A stretch of 64,000 bases of DNA from an uncultured Candidatus Binatia bacterium (GTDB taxonomy: Bacteria > Desulfobacterota > Binatia > Bin18): NCBI GenBank assembly GCA_958296235.1, contig OY282457.1, forward strand, positions 2,597,338 to 2,661,337, given 5' to 3'. A program made the translations under genes and the position numbers. The notes under the pieces are model-generated. The model was not told the DNA's origin and did not search any database. It saw only the letters and a list, made by a program, of their open reading frames with translations. This document shows, in pieces, positions 9,452 through 19,051 of this stretch; the first letter of the stretch is position 1; each line of letters opens with the position of its first letter.

Positions 9452-10672
9452 TCAGGTTTTCCACTGGACAGATTTGAGGTCTATGCCTTCCTTGGCCATC
9501 TCGTAGAGGGGTGACATTTCCCGCAATCGGACGACCACCTCGGAGACACGCCTGACAACGTAGTCCACATCCTCTTCGGTGTTAAAGCGTCCCAAGCCGA
9601 ACCGAATCGACGTATGGGCCAACTCTTCTCCGACACCCAGCGCCTTGAGCACATACGAGGGTTCAAGGGTCGCCGAGGTACAGGCGGAACCGGACGACAG
9701 CGCGATCTCCCGGTTGAGTCCCATCAGGAAGGATTCGCCCTCCACATACGAAAAGCTCAGATTCAGGTTGCCGGGAATCCGCTCGGTTGGATGGCCGTTC
9801 AAATACACCTCTTCCAGGTTCTCGGTCAGGCCAGTATAGAGTCTCTGACGCAGACTCATCAGGCGGCCGGCCTCGGCTTCCAATTCCTGCCCGCACAACT
9901 CACACGCCTTGCCAAACCCGACAATGCCGGCCACGTTCAGCGTCCCCGAGCGCATTCCCCGCTCATGGCCACCGCCGTGCATCTGGGCTCGCAGGCGGAC
10001 CCGGGGGCCCCGTGACCTGACATATAAGGCCCCACAGCCCTTGGGCCCATACATCTTATGGGCGCTCATCGACATCAGATCGATGCCGTCTTCATCAACA
10101 TTCACCGGAATCTTGCCCACGCCCTGAGTCGCATCACAGTGAAAGAGGATGCCCCGTTCTTTGGCGAGCGCGCCAATCGCTCTAATGGGATGCAGGGTGC
10201 CGATCTCGTTGTTGGCATACATCAGAGAGATCAGGATCGTCTCGTCTCGGATCGCCTTCTTCACATCATCGACATCCACCCGACCATACTGATCCACCGG
10301 TAAGTAGGTCACTTCCGCAAGATTCGCCCGTTCAAGAGCCTGACAGGTATCCAGGACCGCCTTGTGTTCAGTGACCGCGGTAATAATGTGATTGCCCTTA
10401 TCCGCGTAGAACTCCGCCACGCCCTTAATCGCCAGATTGTCCGACTCGGTCGCGCCACTGGTGAAAATAATCTCTTTGGGTCGTGCGCCGACCAAATTCG
10501 CAATCTGGCTGCGCCCCCGGTCCACCGCCTCTTCGGCCGCCCACCCAAAGGCATGATTCCGGCTGGCCGCATTTCCATATATCTCACCGAGAAACGGGAC
10601 CATCGCCTCAATCACGCGCGGGTCTACAGGCGTGGTAGCCTGGTTATCCATGTAGATCGGGTCGCGCTCCAT
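9452..10672 (-). CDS. iscS: Cysteine desulfurase IscS
   Basis: 406 aa; PLP-lysine context [10 protein letters not shown]; active-site loop SSGSACTS. Confidence 0.95.
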   Translation of the reverse strand: MERDPIYMDNQATTPVDPRVIEAMVPFLGEIYGNAASRNHAFGWAAEEAVDRGRSQIANLVGARPKEIIFTSGATESDNLAIKGVAEFYADKGNHIITAVTEHKAVLDTCQALERANLAEVTYLPVDQYGRVDVDDVKKAIRDETILISLMYANNEIGTLHPIRAIGALAKERGILFHCDATQGVGKIPVNVDEDGIDLMSMSAHKMYGPKGCGALYVRSRGPRVRLRAQMHGGGHERGMRSGTLNVAGIVGFGKACELCGQELEAEAGRLMSLRQRLYTGLTENLEEVYLNGHPTERIPGNLNLSFSYVEGESFLMGLNREIALSSGSACTSATLEPSYVLKALGVGEELAHTSIRFGLGRFNTEEDVDYVVRRVSEVVVRLREMSPLYEMAKEGIDLKSVQWKT

Positions 10673-10710
10673 AATGCCCTTTCCTTGCCCAATACGAGTT
10701 GGGATTCTTT

Positions 10711-10737
10711 TAAGGTGGACTCTAAGGGTCCACCTTA
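10711..10737. promoter_or_regulatory. Perfect 10-bp inverted repeat upstream of iscS (candidate operator or 5' leader hairpin)
   Basis: taaggtggac (10711-10720) / gtccacctta (10728-10737), about 40 nt upstream of the iscS start codon. Confidence 0.3.
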
Positions 10738-10778
10738 GGATTTCTTCCCGAGCCTGTCAACCTGCGTGGCAAGGCCAG

Positions 10779-10869
10779 GGGAGAGGCCGCCCGCGAGTGG
10801 GGCCGCTGGCTTTTCACTATTCACTAGCCACTCACCACTAGGAGAGGCCGCCCGCGAGTGGGGCCGCTG
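10779..10869. repeat. Two perfect 29-bp direct repeats flanking a stop-codon-dense tract
   Basis: ggagaggccgcccgcgagtggggccgctg at 10780-10808 and 10841-10869. The spacer ttttcactattcactagccactcaccacta reads tagtggtgagtggctagtgaatagtgaa on the gene strand. It lies directly 3' of the uvrA-like stop. Confidence 0.85.
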
Positions 10870-10870
10870 C

Positions 10871-13405
10871 TCACAACAGGCTTTTCAAAAACTGGCCGGT
10901 ATACGATTGCTCAACGCGCGTCAGGTCCTCAGGCGTCCCGCAGGCAACGACCTTGCCCCCGGCCTCTCCCCCTTCGGGACCCAAGTCGATGATCCAATCT
11001 GCGGTTTTTATCACCTCCAGGTTATGTTCAATCACCACAACGGTGTTCCCCGCTTCAACGAGTAGGGTGAAAATATCCAGCAAGCGCTGAATATCGGCCA
11101 GATGGAGGCCGGTGGTCGGTTCATCAAAGAGGAATAAGGTCCGCCCCGTGCTTTTGCGGCTCAACTCTTTGGCCAGCTTGAGCCTCTGCGCCTCTCCACC
11201 AGACAGCGTTGGGGCGGCTTGGCCCAGACGCAAATATGCCAGCCCGACCGCGCGTAAGGTCTCCAGACGCGCCCGGATTTCCGGGATGTCGCCATAGAGG
11301 GCCACCGCCTCAGCGATCGTCATATTCAGCACATCGGCAATACTCTGGCCACGCCAGGTGACTGCTAACGTCTCTCGATTATAGCGCTGGCCGTGGCACA
11401 CATCACACCGGACATAGACATCGGGTAAAAAGCTCATCTCGACCGCGAAGACGCCATTGCCTTCACACGCCTCACACCGTCCACCTTTGACGTTAAAAGA
11501 GAAGCGGTCCGGGTTATAGCCACGCAGCCTCGCCTCAGGCAGTTGGGCAAAAAGGGCGCGCAGCGGGCGGAGGAGCCCGATATACGTGGCTGGGGTGGAG
11601 CTGGGCGTTCGCCCAATAGGAGCCTGGTCCACCATTATCATCTTGTTAAGCTGCTGCCATCCCGAGAGCTGGCCGAGGCCTGCTGCGGTCGAGGGCGTAC
11701 CCGCCAGCGCAGCCGCCAGAGCCGGGACGAGGGCGTCGCTGATAAGCGAACTCTTGCCCGAGCCCGAGACGCCAGTCACACACGTCAGCGCCCCAAGCGG
11801 GAAGTCCACGCTGATATCTTTGAGATTGTGCACCCGCGTATGCGCGAGGGTGAGCAAATGTTTCGCTGCGCGTCGTTTTGTCGGTATGGAAATCTGCGAC
11901 TCGCCGGAAAGATAGTGTCCGGTCAGCGAGTCCGGGGCATTTTTTACGTCCTGCGGTGTGCCGACGGCACACACCCGCCCGCCCTGCTCGCCGGCGCCCG
12001 GGCCTAAATCAATCAGATGGTCGGCAGCCAGCATGGTCTCAGGGTCGTGCTCGACCACCACAACCGTGTTCCCCTGCTGACACAGCCGTTTGAGCATCTC
12101 CAGGAGTTGCTTGGTGTCACGCGGATGAAGTCCGACTGACGGTTCGTCCAGAATATAGATGACCCCGGATAAGCCATTCCCAAGCAGCGTCGCGAGCCGG
12201 GTACGCTGGGCCTCGCCCCCGGACAGCGACACCATCGGGCGGTCCAGGCTGACATAGTCCAATCCCAAATCAACCAGGGCCTGGAGACGCGAGACAATCT
12301 CCTGGCAGAGCGGCCGGGCAATCGGTTCTGTCTGTCCGCAAAAAACGAGCTGAGAAAAAAAGTCAAGCGCCCCTCCAAGCTGCCGTGCGTTGAGCTCGCT
12401 CAGGCTCCTGTCCCCGAGGCGTATCCCCTGGGTCTCCGGGCGGAGGCGTGAGCCGTTGCACCCGGAACAGACCTGCGAGTCACCTGCGTCCTGGGCGCTC
12501 CCCCGCTTTTTTGTCGTCCGCTCCCGTTGTACGCCCAGCCCTTCGCAGGTCGGACACGCTCCTTCGGGGCTATTGGGTGAAAAGAAGGCCGGGCTCAGCT
12601 CTGGATAGGCAAAACCACACGCCGGACAGATGAGGCGCTGGGTGAAGAGCCGCTCCTCGTTTTCCTCAATCAGCACTGTGACCACATCCTTGCCATAGCG
12701 CAAAGCCGTGTCCAGCGAATCGGCGAGGCGTTGGGCCACGCCACTTTTGACCACAAGCCGGTCAACGACGATATCGAGTTGTGTTTCGGCGATCTCATCA
12801 GGACTCAGCTGCGCAATTTTTCCGGCCAGGTCCAGCTCCATCAGGTCGTGGATCGTTCCGTTCAACCGGATACGGACAAATCCCGCTCTGTGCAGGTCCT
12901 GGAGAACGGTGTCACCATCCTCAGGATGGAAAAGGCGGATGGGCGCCAAAAGCTGAAGCCGACTCCCTGCGGGTAAATCGAGCAATTGGTCTACAATCTG
13001 GGGCACGCTGTGGCGTTCGATGACACGTCCACATTCCAGACAGTGCGGCGTACCGACCCGGGCGTAGAGCAAGCGCAGATAGTCGGCGACCTCGCTGACC
13101 GTCCCCACAGTTGAGCGGAGTGACGACGTCGTGCGCCGCTGTTCCAGCGCGACCGCAGGCGACAGGCCACTGATGGCATCAACATCGGGTTTGGCCGGCT
13201 GCGTCAGAAACTGACGAGCCGAGGCGGATAGCGAGGCCATATAGCGTCGTCGGCCCTCGGCGTACAGGACATCAAAGGCCAGGGTCGATTTCCCCGACCC
13301 GGAGACGCCGGTAATCACAACGAACTTCTGGCGTGGAATTTCAAGGTCAATGTTTTTGAGATTATGTTGGCGCGCGCCTCGGATCTGAATCGTCTCCACG
13401 GCCAA
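10871..13405 (-). CDS. uvrA: UvrA-family excinuclease ATPase, short form (844 aa)
   Basis: Two ABC ATPase modules (GVSGSGKST twice, LSGGEAQR twice) and zinc-module cysteines. The segment between CPTCEGLG and CSGCNGSRL is only ~20 residues. Confidence 0.9.
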   Translation of the reverse strand: MAVETIQIRGARQHNLKNIDLEIPRQKFVVITGVSGSGKSTLAFDVLYAEGRRRYMASLSASARQFLTQPAKPDVDAISGLSPAVALEQRRTTSSLRSTVGTVSEVADYLRLLYARVGTPHCLECGRVIERHSVPQIVDQLLDLPAGSRLQLLAPIRLFHPEDGDTVLQDLHRAGFVRIRLNGTIHDLMELDLAGKIAQLSPDEIAETQLDIVVDRLVVKSGVAQRLADSLDTALRYGKDVVTVLIEENEERLFTQRLICPACGFAYPELSPAFFSPNSPEGACPTCEGLGVQRERTTKKRGSAQDAGDSQVCSGCNGSRLRPETQGIRLGDRSLSELNARQLGGALDFFSQLVFCGQTEPIARPLCQEIVSRLQALVDLGLDYVSLDRPMVSLSGGEAQRTRLATLLGNGLSGVIYILDEPSVGLHPRDTKQLLEMLKRLCQQGNTVVVVEHDPETMLAADHLIDLGPGAGEQGGRVCAVGTPQDVKNAPDSLTGHYLSGESQISIPTKRRAAKHLLTLAHTRVHNLKDISVDFPLGALTCVTGVSGSGKSSLISDALVPALAAALAGTPSTAAGLGQLSGWQQLNKMIMVDQAPIGRTPSSTPATYIGLLRPLRALFAQLPEARLRGYNPDRFSFNVKGGRCEACEGNGVFAVEMSFLPDVYVRCDVCHGQRYNRETLAVTWRGQSIADVLNMTIAEAVALYGDIPEIRARLETLRAVGLAYLRLGQAAPTLSGGEAQRLKLAKELSRKSTGRTLFLFDEPTTGLHLADIQRLLDIFTLLVEAGNTVVVIEHNLEVIKTADWIIDLGPEGGEAGGKVVACGTPEDLTRVEQSYTGQFLKSLL

Positions 13406-13473
13406 CAGCCTAGCAGAAAGCTGAAATGGAGGTTAGAGACTGAGGGTCAGGGATGAGGAGTTGACCCCATTCC

Positions 13474-14976
13474 TTATGAGTCTTGCGAGCGACTCCAGCG
13501 TAAGACTGGCCGGCGGGCGGCGCGGGTTTCATCCAGGCGACTGACTGGCGTGGTAAACGGCGCTTGTTTAAGCAGGTCGGGCTGGTCGGTAATCTCCTGG
13601 GCAATGGCCAGCAGCGCGTCGGCAAATTCGTCCAGGGTTTCTTTGGTTTCCGTTTCCGTCGGCTCAATCATCAGCGCCCCGCTCACCACTAAGGGGAAAT
13701 AAATCGTCGGCGCATAAAAGCCATAATCAAGCAGACGTTTGGCGATATCCAGGGTCTTGACGCCAGTCTGATGAAACGAGCGATCCGAGAAGACACATTC
13801 GTGCATGCAGGGCTCTTGGGTGGCCAGGGTGTATACGGATTCGAGTCGTTTGCGGAGATAGTTGGCGTTCAGAATCGCCATGCGTGTGGCGTGCGTGAGC
13901 CCGTCTCCACCCATCGCCAGAATATAGGCGTAGGCCCGCACCAGGATGCCAAAATTGCCGTAGAATGAGCGTACCCGCCCAATTGATTTGGGAGCGGCGT
14001 CACTCCAGGACCAGGTGTCGTTCTGCCGGACAATCCGAGGGATGGGCAGATAGGGCTCCAGAATTTTTTTTACGCCAACCGGCCCGGCGCCGGGGCCACC
14101 GCCACCGTGCGGAGTGGAGAAGGTTTTATGCAGATTGAATTGAATAACATCCGCCCCCATATGGCCCGGCTTGGCCACACCCATCAGGGCGTTGAGGTTG
14201 GCTCCGTCCATATACACCAGCGCTCCGTGCGCGTGCAGCACATCGGTGATCCGAAGAATCTCGCGCTCAAAGAGTCCGAGCGTGTTCGGGTTGGTCACCA
14301 TCAGGGCGGCCACTTCGGCGTCCGTACAGCTGGCCACGGCGTCGGCGCTGAGCAGACCGTCCGCGCCGGTGGCGACCTGCGCCACGTCATAGCCGCATAG
14401 GGCCGCCGAGGCGGGATTGGTGCCGTGCGCACTCGCCGGAATCAAGACTTTCTTGCGCGGTGTTCCCCGGTCCTGATGATAGGCCCGGACGAGCTTCATG
14501 CCGGTCAACTCCCCCTGCGCCCCTGCCGCGGGCTGCAAGCTGATCGCATCCATCCCGCTGATCTCGGCCAAACAACGCTCAAGCTCGGCGAGCAACATCA
14601 ATGCCCCTTGGGCCTGATCGTCAGGAGTCAAGGGGTGGAGCTGGGCCAAACCCGGCAGGCGGGCCATATACTCATTCACCACTGGGTTATACTTCATCGT
14701 GCACGACCCCAAGGGATAGAGGGTCGTTGCCGCACTCATATTCCACTGCGACAGCCGCGTAAAATGGCGGACCACTTCGCCTTCGCTGACCTCGGGAAAG
14801 TCATCGAGCGCCTCCCGGCACAGTGCGGCCGGCAGATCGCGGGCCTGATCACGCTCGGGGATATCGTCCCGTGGGAGCGCGTAGCCGACCCGTCCGACTG
14901 ATCCCCGCGCCGATATCAGGGGTTCGTTCAGCACCGTCCGTTTACCCGGACCGGGAGGGCGAGCTGGAGTCTTCAT
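13474..14976 (-). CDS. gcvPB: Glycine dehydrogenase (decarboxylating) subunit 2
   Basis: 500 aa; PLP-site context NLHKTFSTPHGGGGPG; 4-nt overlap with gcvPA. Confidence 0.95.
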   Translation of the reverse strand: MKTPARPPGPGKRTVLNEPLISARGSVGRVGYALPRDDIPERDQARDLPAALCREALDDFPEVSEGEVVRHFTRLSQWNMSAATTLYPLGSCTMKYNPVVNEYMARLPGLAQLHPLTPDDQAQGALMLLAELERCLAEISGMDAISLQPAAGAQGELTGMKLVRAYHQDRGTPRKKVLIPASAHGTNPASAALCGYDVAQVATGADGLLSADAVASCTDAEVAALMVTNPNTLGLFEREILRITDVLHAHGALVYMDGANLNALMGVAKPGHMGADVIQFNLHKTFSTPHGGGGPGAGPVGVKKILEPYLPIPRIVRQNDTWSWSDAAPKSIGRVRSFYGNFGILVRAYAYILAMGGDGLTHATRMAILNANYLRKRLESVYTLATQEPCMHECVFSDRSFHQTGVKTLDIAKRLLDYGFYAPTIYFPLVVSGALMIEPTETETKETLDEFADALLAIAQEITDQPDLLKQAPFTTPVSRLDETRAARRPVLRWSRSQDS

Positions 14977-16325
14977 ACGACCGCCTGCCTGAGCTGCTGT
15001 CCGAAGCGTTCAATCGCCTCCCGCGTGTGGAGCTCGGTTGCGCATACTAAGAGACAGTCACGGAGGTCCGCATACCAATCTTCCAAAACGATGCCGGCAA
15101 TGACCCCTCGCTCTTTGAGGCGCGCCCACACCTGGCGTGCCTGGGGCACGGTCAGCACCCACTCATTAAAAAAAGGACTCGGAAAACGCGGCTGCACGCC
15201 AGCCGTCTGTTGGAGCGCCTCGGCCAGATAATGGCTGTTCTTCACGTTCCGCAGCGCCAGCTCGCGCAGCCCCTGTTTGCCCAACAGGCACAGAAAGACG
15301 GTGGCCGCCAGGGCACACAGGCCGTGATTGGTACAAATGTTTGAGGTCGCCCGCTCCCGCCGGATGTGTTGTTCGCGGGTGGCCAGGGTCAGGACAAATC
15401 CGCTCCGCCCCTCCTGATCGACCGTCTCCCCAACCAGACGACCGGGCATATTGCGGACATACCGACTCCGGCAGGCAAAGAGCCCCAGGCCGGGTCCGCC
15501 ATAGCTGAGAGGAATACCCAGACTCTGGCCCTCGGCAACCGCGATATCCGCTCCGAGTTCGCCTGGAGATTTGAGAATGCCTAAGGCCACGGACTCAGGG
15601 GTCACAGACAGGGTCAGCGCGCCAGCGTCCCGCGCGCTGCGACCAATGGCCGCAATATCCTCGATTACGCCGAAGACGTTTGGATAGCCGACGACCACGC
15701 CGCACACACGCTCGTCCAGGTGGCGCGCCAGGGCCGCCGGCTCAAGCCGGCCGGTTTCATCCCAACCCAGCTCAACCAGCGACAGACCGGGAAACCCATC
15801 CAAATAGGTCTGAATGACCTGGCGGTATTGGGGGTGCAGAGAGCGGGCGACCAGCACCCGCGAGCGTTTGGGCAAAATGCGCTTGGCCATGAGGACCGCT
15901 TCAGCGCTCGCGGACGCGCCATCGTACATACTGGCATTGGCGACTTCCAGGCCCAACAGGGAAGCGACCAGCGACTGGAACTCGAAAATGACCTGGAGCG
16001 TCCCCTGGCTGACCTCGGGTTGATAGGGCGTATAGGCCGTGGCAAACTCTGCCCGCTGCACCATCTGGTCAACCACGACCGGCACAAGGTGCGGGTAGGC
16101 CCCGGCTCCCAGAAAAGACTGCTCTGGACTATAGCCGGTCTGCTGTTCAGCCAACGCGGTCAGGCGCTTGCTGATTTCAGACTCCGCCAGGCCGGGGGCG
16201 AGCTTGAGGCTGGCGCGTTGCCGCAGGTCCTCGGGCAGGTGGCGAATCAAAGCCTCAACGGAATCCACCCCAAGGACGGCCAGCATAGCCTGAATATCGT
16301 GCTCAGTATGCGGGATATAACGCAT
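14973..16325 (-). CDS. gcvPA: Glycine dehydrogenase (decarboxylating) subunit 1
   Basis: 450 aa; MRYIPHTEHD N-terminus and YTPYQPEVSQG motif typical of GcvPA. Confidence 0.95.
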   Translation of the reverse strand: MRYIPHTEHDIQAMLAVLGVDSVEALIRHLPEDLRQRASLKLAPGLAESEISKRLTALAEQQTGYSPEQSFLGAGAYPHLVPVVVDQMVQRAEFATAYTPYQPEVSQGTLQVIFEFQSLVASLLGLEVANASMYDGASASAEAVLMAKRILPKRSRVLVARSLHPQYRQVIQTYLDGFPGLSLVELGWDETGRLEPAALARHLDERVCGVVVGYPNVFGVIEDIAAIGRSARDAGALTLSVTPESVALGILKSPGELGADIAVAEGQSLGIPLSYGGPGLGLFACRSRYVRNMPGRLVGETVDQEGRSGFVLTLATREQHIRRERATSNICTNHGLCALAATVFLCLLGKQGLRELALRNVKNSHYLAEALQQTAGVQPRFPSPFFNEWVLTVPQARQVWARLKERGVIAGIVLEDWYADLRDCLLVCATELHTREAIERFGQQLRQAVV

Positions 16326-16392
16326 GGATTACCCCTCTGTGTCCCCCTATAACGTGTGATGTAGATTACATGGCTGGCCCCCAGACGTTCGG

Positions 16393-16494
16393 CCCTCACC
16401 CCACCCCCGCTCCCAGCGGGAGCGGGACTCTTGTTTTTCCCTCTCCCCTGGAGGGAGAGGGTGGCCCTGAGCCTGTCGAAGGGCCGGGTGAGGG
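16393..16494. repeat. REP-like nested palindrome cluster between gcvH and gcvPA
   Basis: Outer arms ccctcaccc (16393-16401) / gggtgaggg (16486-16494). Inner hairpins ccgctccc-agc-gggagcgg (16407-16425) and ccctctccc-ctgga-gggagaggg (16439-16461). Also contains gccctgagcctgtcgaagggc. Confidence 0.85.
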
Positions 16495-16573
16495 GGCGGA
16501 CGGACCACCTGGGGGCCGGCGACACAATGGGCATCACACGTCTATTAGGAGAGAAGTACTATTCCGCCGCCGT

Positions 16574-16978
16574 TTATTCATCCGCGCTTTCCTGTTCTTC
16601 TTCAACAAAGCGTTCATATTCCTCAGCGGTCATGAGCGCGTCCAGCTCTTCGGGATCATTCATTTCAACCTGGACCAGCCACGCATCGCCATACGGGTCT
16701 TCATTCAGCGTCTCCGGCGTGTTCAGCAGTTCGGTATTGACTTCTTTGACCGTACCGCTGACCGGGGCGTAGATGTCAGACACCGCCTTGACCGATTCCA
16801 CCACGCCAAAGGGCTCATCTTGGGTCAGCTGGGTATCGGGCTCGGGCAACTCGACAAACACGACATCTCCAAGCTGGTCTTGGGCGTGATCGGTGATGCC
16901 GATGGTTGCCAGATTATCTTCCTCCACCAGGACCCACTCGTGCTCTTGTGAGTAGCGTAACTCCTTTGGGGCTTCCAT
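16574..16978 (-). CDS. gcvH: Glycine cleavage system protein H
   Basis: 134 aa; lipoyl-lysine context ESVKAVSD. Confidence 0.95.
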   Translation of the reverse strand: MEAPKELRYSQEHEWVLVEEDNLATIGITDHAQDQLGDVVFVELPEPDTQLTQDEPFGVVESVKAVSDIYAPVSGTVKEVNTELLNTPETLNEDPYGDAWLVQVEMNDPEELDALMTAEEYERFVEEEQESADE

Positions 16979-16998
16979 AACCTCCTCCCTACTGACTT

Positions 16999-18138
16999 TT
17001 AGCTCCTCCGATAAAATGGCGGCTTGACGACCGTTGCCGGAATACGGCGATTCCGGATCGCAACTGCCAGCGGTGTCCCAGAAGAGTAAACGTGCCCAGC
17101 TTTGTCGGTTTGGAGGGCGCGTTTACTCTTTTCGTCCGCGCATGATGGGGAAACATAGCCTAACGCAATACCAACGCCCAGCATGGGAGACTGGGTTCCA
17201 CTTGTCACCACACCGACCTGTTGTTCTCCACTCCAAATCGTATACCCCTGGCGCGGAATACCCGCGGCTTCCATCTTGATCCCCACCAGTTGTTTTTCAA
17301 TCCCGTCAGCCTGCTGCTTGCGCAACGCCTCGGACCCAACAAAGGGGCCAGCCTCAAAATAGACGAGACGCCGCAAACCGGCCTCCAGCGGTGTGGTCCG
17401 GGCATCAATATCGTTGCCGTACAAAAGATAGCCGGCCTCCAGGCGCAGCGTATCTCGCGCCCCGAGGCCGACGGGGACCAGGTTCGCCGCCCGTCCCGCT
17501 TCGCCGCACGCCTGCCAGATATGTTCGGCCCGCTCAGCCGGGACAAACAGCTCAAAACCATCTTCTCCGGTATAGCCGGTGCGCGCCAGCAGAGTCGGGA
17601 CCCCGGCCACCTCTCCCTGTGCTGCCCAATAGCGACGAATGGCTGAAAGATTGGGCGGTGTCAGATGAGACAGAACCGTCCGTGCCTGCGGACCCTGGAG
17701 GGCGAGCAGCGCGTACTCGTCACTCCGGTCGATTACCTCAGCCCGGTCACGATTGTGCTGCGCCATCCACTCGTAGTCGGTCGTCCGATTGGCGGCATTG
17801 ACACACACCAGATAGCGCTCCTCAGCGAGGCGATAGATAATGACGTCGTCGACTATGCCGCCGTCGGCAAAACACATGACCGAGTACTGGGCCTGCATGA
17901 CCTGTATGCGGGCAATATCCGTGACGAATAATTCCTGACAGACCTCATACGCACGGGGACCAGCTATCTCGATCTCACCCATATGGCTCAGATCAAACAG
18001 TCCGACCTGCGTCCGCACGGCCCGGTGTTCGGCGAGAATCCCGCTATACTGCACCGGCATCTGCCAGCCACCAAATTCAATCATGCGCGCACCCAAGGCA
18101 CGATGCACCTTATACAGCGGCGTTCGGTTGGCCGTCAT
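16999..18138 (-). CDS. gcvT: Aminomethyltransferase (glycine cleavage T protein), carrying an in-frame 18-codon insert
   Basis: Start at MTANRTPLY (18138), forming an ATGA overlap with the folD stop. GcvT-like throughout. The C-terminal SCAD[EKSKRALQTDKAGHVYSS]GTPLAVAIRNRR contains the hairpin-element insert. Confidence 0.9.
   Translation of the reverse strand: MTANRTPLYKVHRALGARMIEFGGWQMPVQYSGILAEHRAVRTQVGLFDLSHMGEIEIAGPRAYEVCQELFVTDIARIQVMQAQYSVMCFADGGIVDDVIIYRLAEERYLVCVNAANRTTDYEWMAQHNRDRAEVIDRSDEYALLALQGPQARTVLSHLTPPNLSAIRRYWAAQGEVAGVPTLLARTGYTGEDGFELFVPAERAEHIWQACGEAGRAANLVPVGLGARDTLRLEAGYLLYGNDIDARTTPLEAGLRRLVYFEAGPFVGSEALRKQQADGIEKQLVGIKMEAAGIPRQGYTIWSGEQQVGVVTSGTQSPMLGVGIALGYVSPSCADEKSKRALQTDKAGHVYSSGTPLAVAIRNRRIPATVVKPPFYRRS
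17081..17134. repeat. 54-nt hairpin repeat element (copy A), inside the gcvT coding sequence
   Basis: gaagagtaaacgtgccc...gggcgcgtttactcttttc; arms are complementary. Related copies at 19052-19108 and 54498-54552. Confidence 0.8.
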
Positions 18139-19046
18139 AGCACCTCTGTACCTTTCCACCCCTCTCCCTCTGGGAGAGGGGCAGGGGTGAGGGTCTGCTT
18201 TTCCGCAGTCTGGACAGTGTTGGCTAAGAGCATAGCGACCGTCAGCGGTCCGACCCCGCCTGGGACCGGGGAAATATAGGCGGCGCGGTCCTTGGCAGAA
18301 GCGAACTCCACATCCCCTTTCAGCGACCCATCAGGGCTCCGCGAGATGCCAACGTCAATGACACACGCTCCGTGTTTTATCCAGTCCCCTTTGATGGTGT
18401 TAATTTTCCCGACTGCGGCCACAACAATATCAGCCTGGCGTATGTGGTCGGCGAGGTCGGCCGTGTGCGAGTGGCAGGTCGTCACAGTCGCGTTTCGCTC
18501 CAGTAGCAGGAGAGCCAGCGGTTTGCCAACCAGATTGCTCCGACCAACGACGACCGCGTGCTGACCCTCGATAGCCATACCGCTCTGACCGATGAGATGT
18601 ATGACACCCAGCGGGGTGCAGGGCCGGAGCCCGTCCTGGCCTGATAGCAGCCGCGCCTGATTCACAGGGTGGAGGCCATCCACGTCCTTGTCCGGCTGGA
18701 TGGCCTCAATCAGGGTCGCCGGCTCCAAATGGTCCGGGAGCGGCAGTTGGAGCAGAATACCGTGGACATCGGGACGCGCGTTGAGCCGACCGATGAGCGC
18801 GACGACTTCGGCGGCTGAGGCGGTCGGCGTCAGGCGATGGCCGAATGGCGCGATGCCGACCGCACGGCAGGCTTTTTCCTTGGCGCTGATATAGGCGCGC
18901 GAGGCCGGGTCCTCTCCGATCAGAATCGTCGCCAGCCCCGGCTGCCAGTCGTGGCGTCCCGGCTGGTGCCGAATCCGGGCAATGCGCTCCTTCAGACCCT
19001 GGCGGACCGTTCGCGCATACTGCTTTCCATCAAGTACCACACCCAT
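18135..19046 (-). CDS. folD: Bifunctional methylenetetrahydrofolate dehydrogenase/cyclohydrolase FolD
   Basis: 303 aa; MGVVLDGKQYA N-terminus and VVGRSNLVGKP, PVPGGVGP motifs. The last ~18 codons (TPAPLPEGEGWKGTEVL) are encoded by a REP-like palindrome. Confidence 0.9.
   Translation of the reverse strand: MGVVLDGKQYARTVRQGLKERIARIRHQPGRHDWQPGLATILIGEDPASRAYISAKEKACRAVGIAPFGHRLTPTASAAEVVALIGRLNARPDVHGILLQLPLPDHLEPATLIEAIQPDKDVDGLHPVNQARLLSGQDGLRPCTPLGVIHLIGQSGMAIEGQHAVVVGRSNLVGKPLALLLLERNATVTTCHSHTADLADHIRQADIVVAAVGKINTIKGDWIKHGACVIDVGISRSPDGSLKGDVEFASAKDRAAYISPVPGGVGPLTVAMLLANTVQTAEKQTLTPAPLPEGEGWKGTEVL
18159..18193. repeat. REP-like palindrome overlapping the folD 3' end
   Basis: cccctctccc (18159-18168) / gggagagggg (18172-18181) followed by caggggtgaggg. 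Same sequence family as 16393-16494. Confidence 0.8.
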
Positions 19047-19051
19047 GCTAC

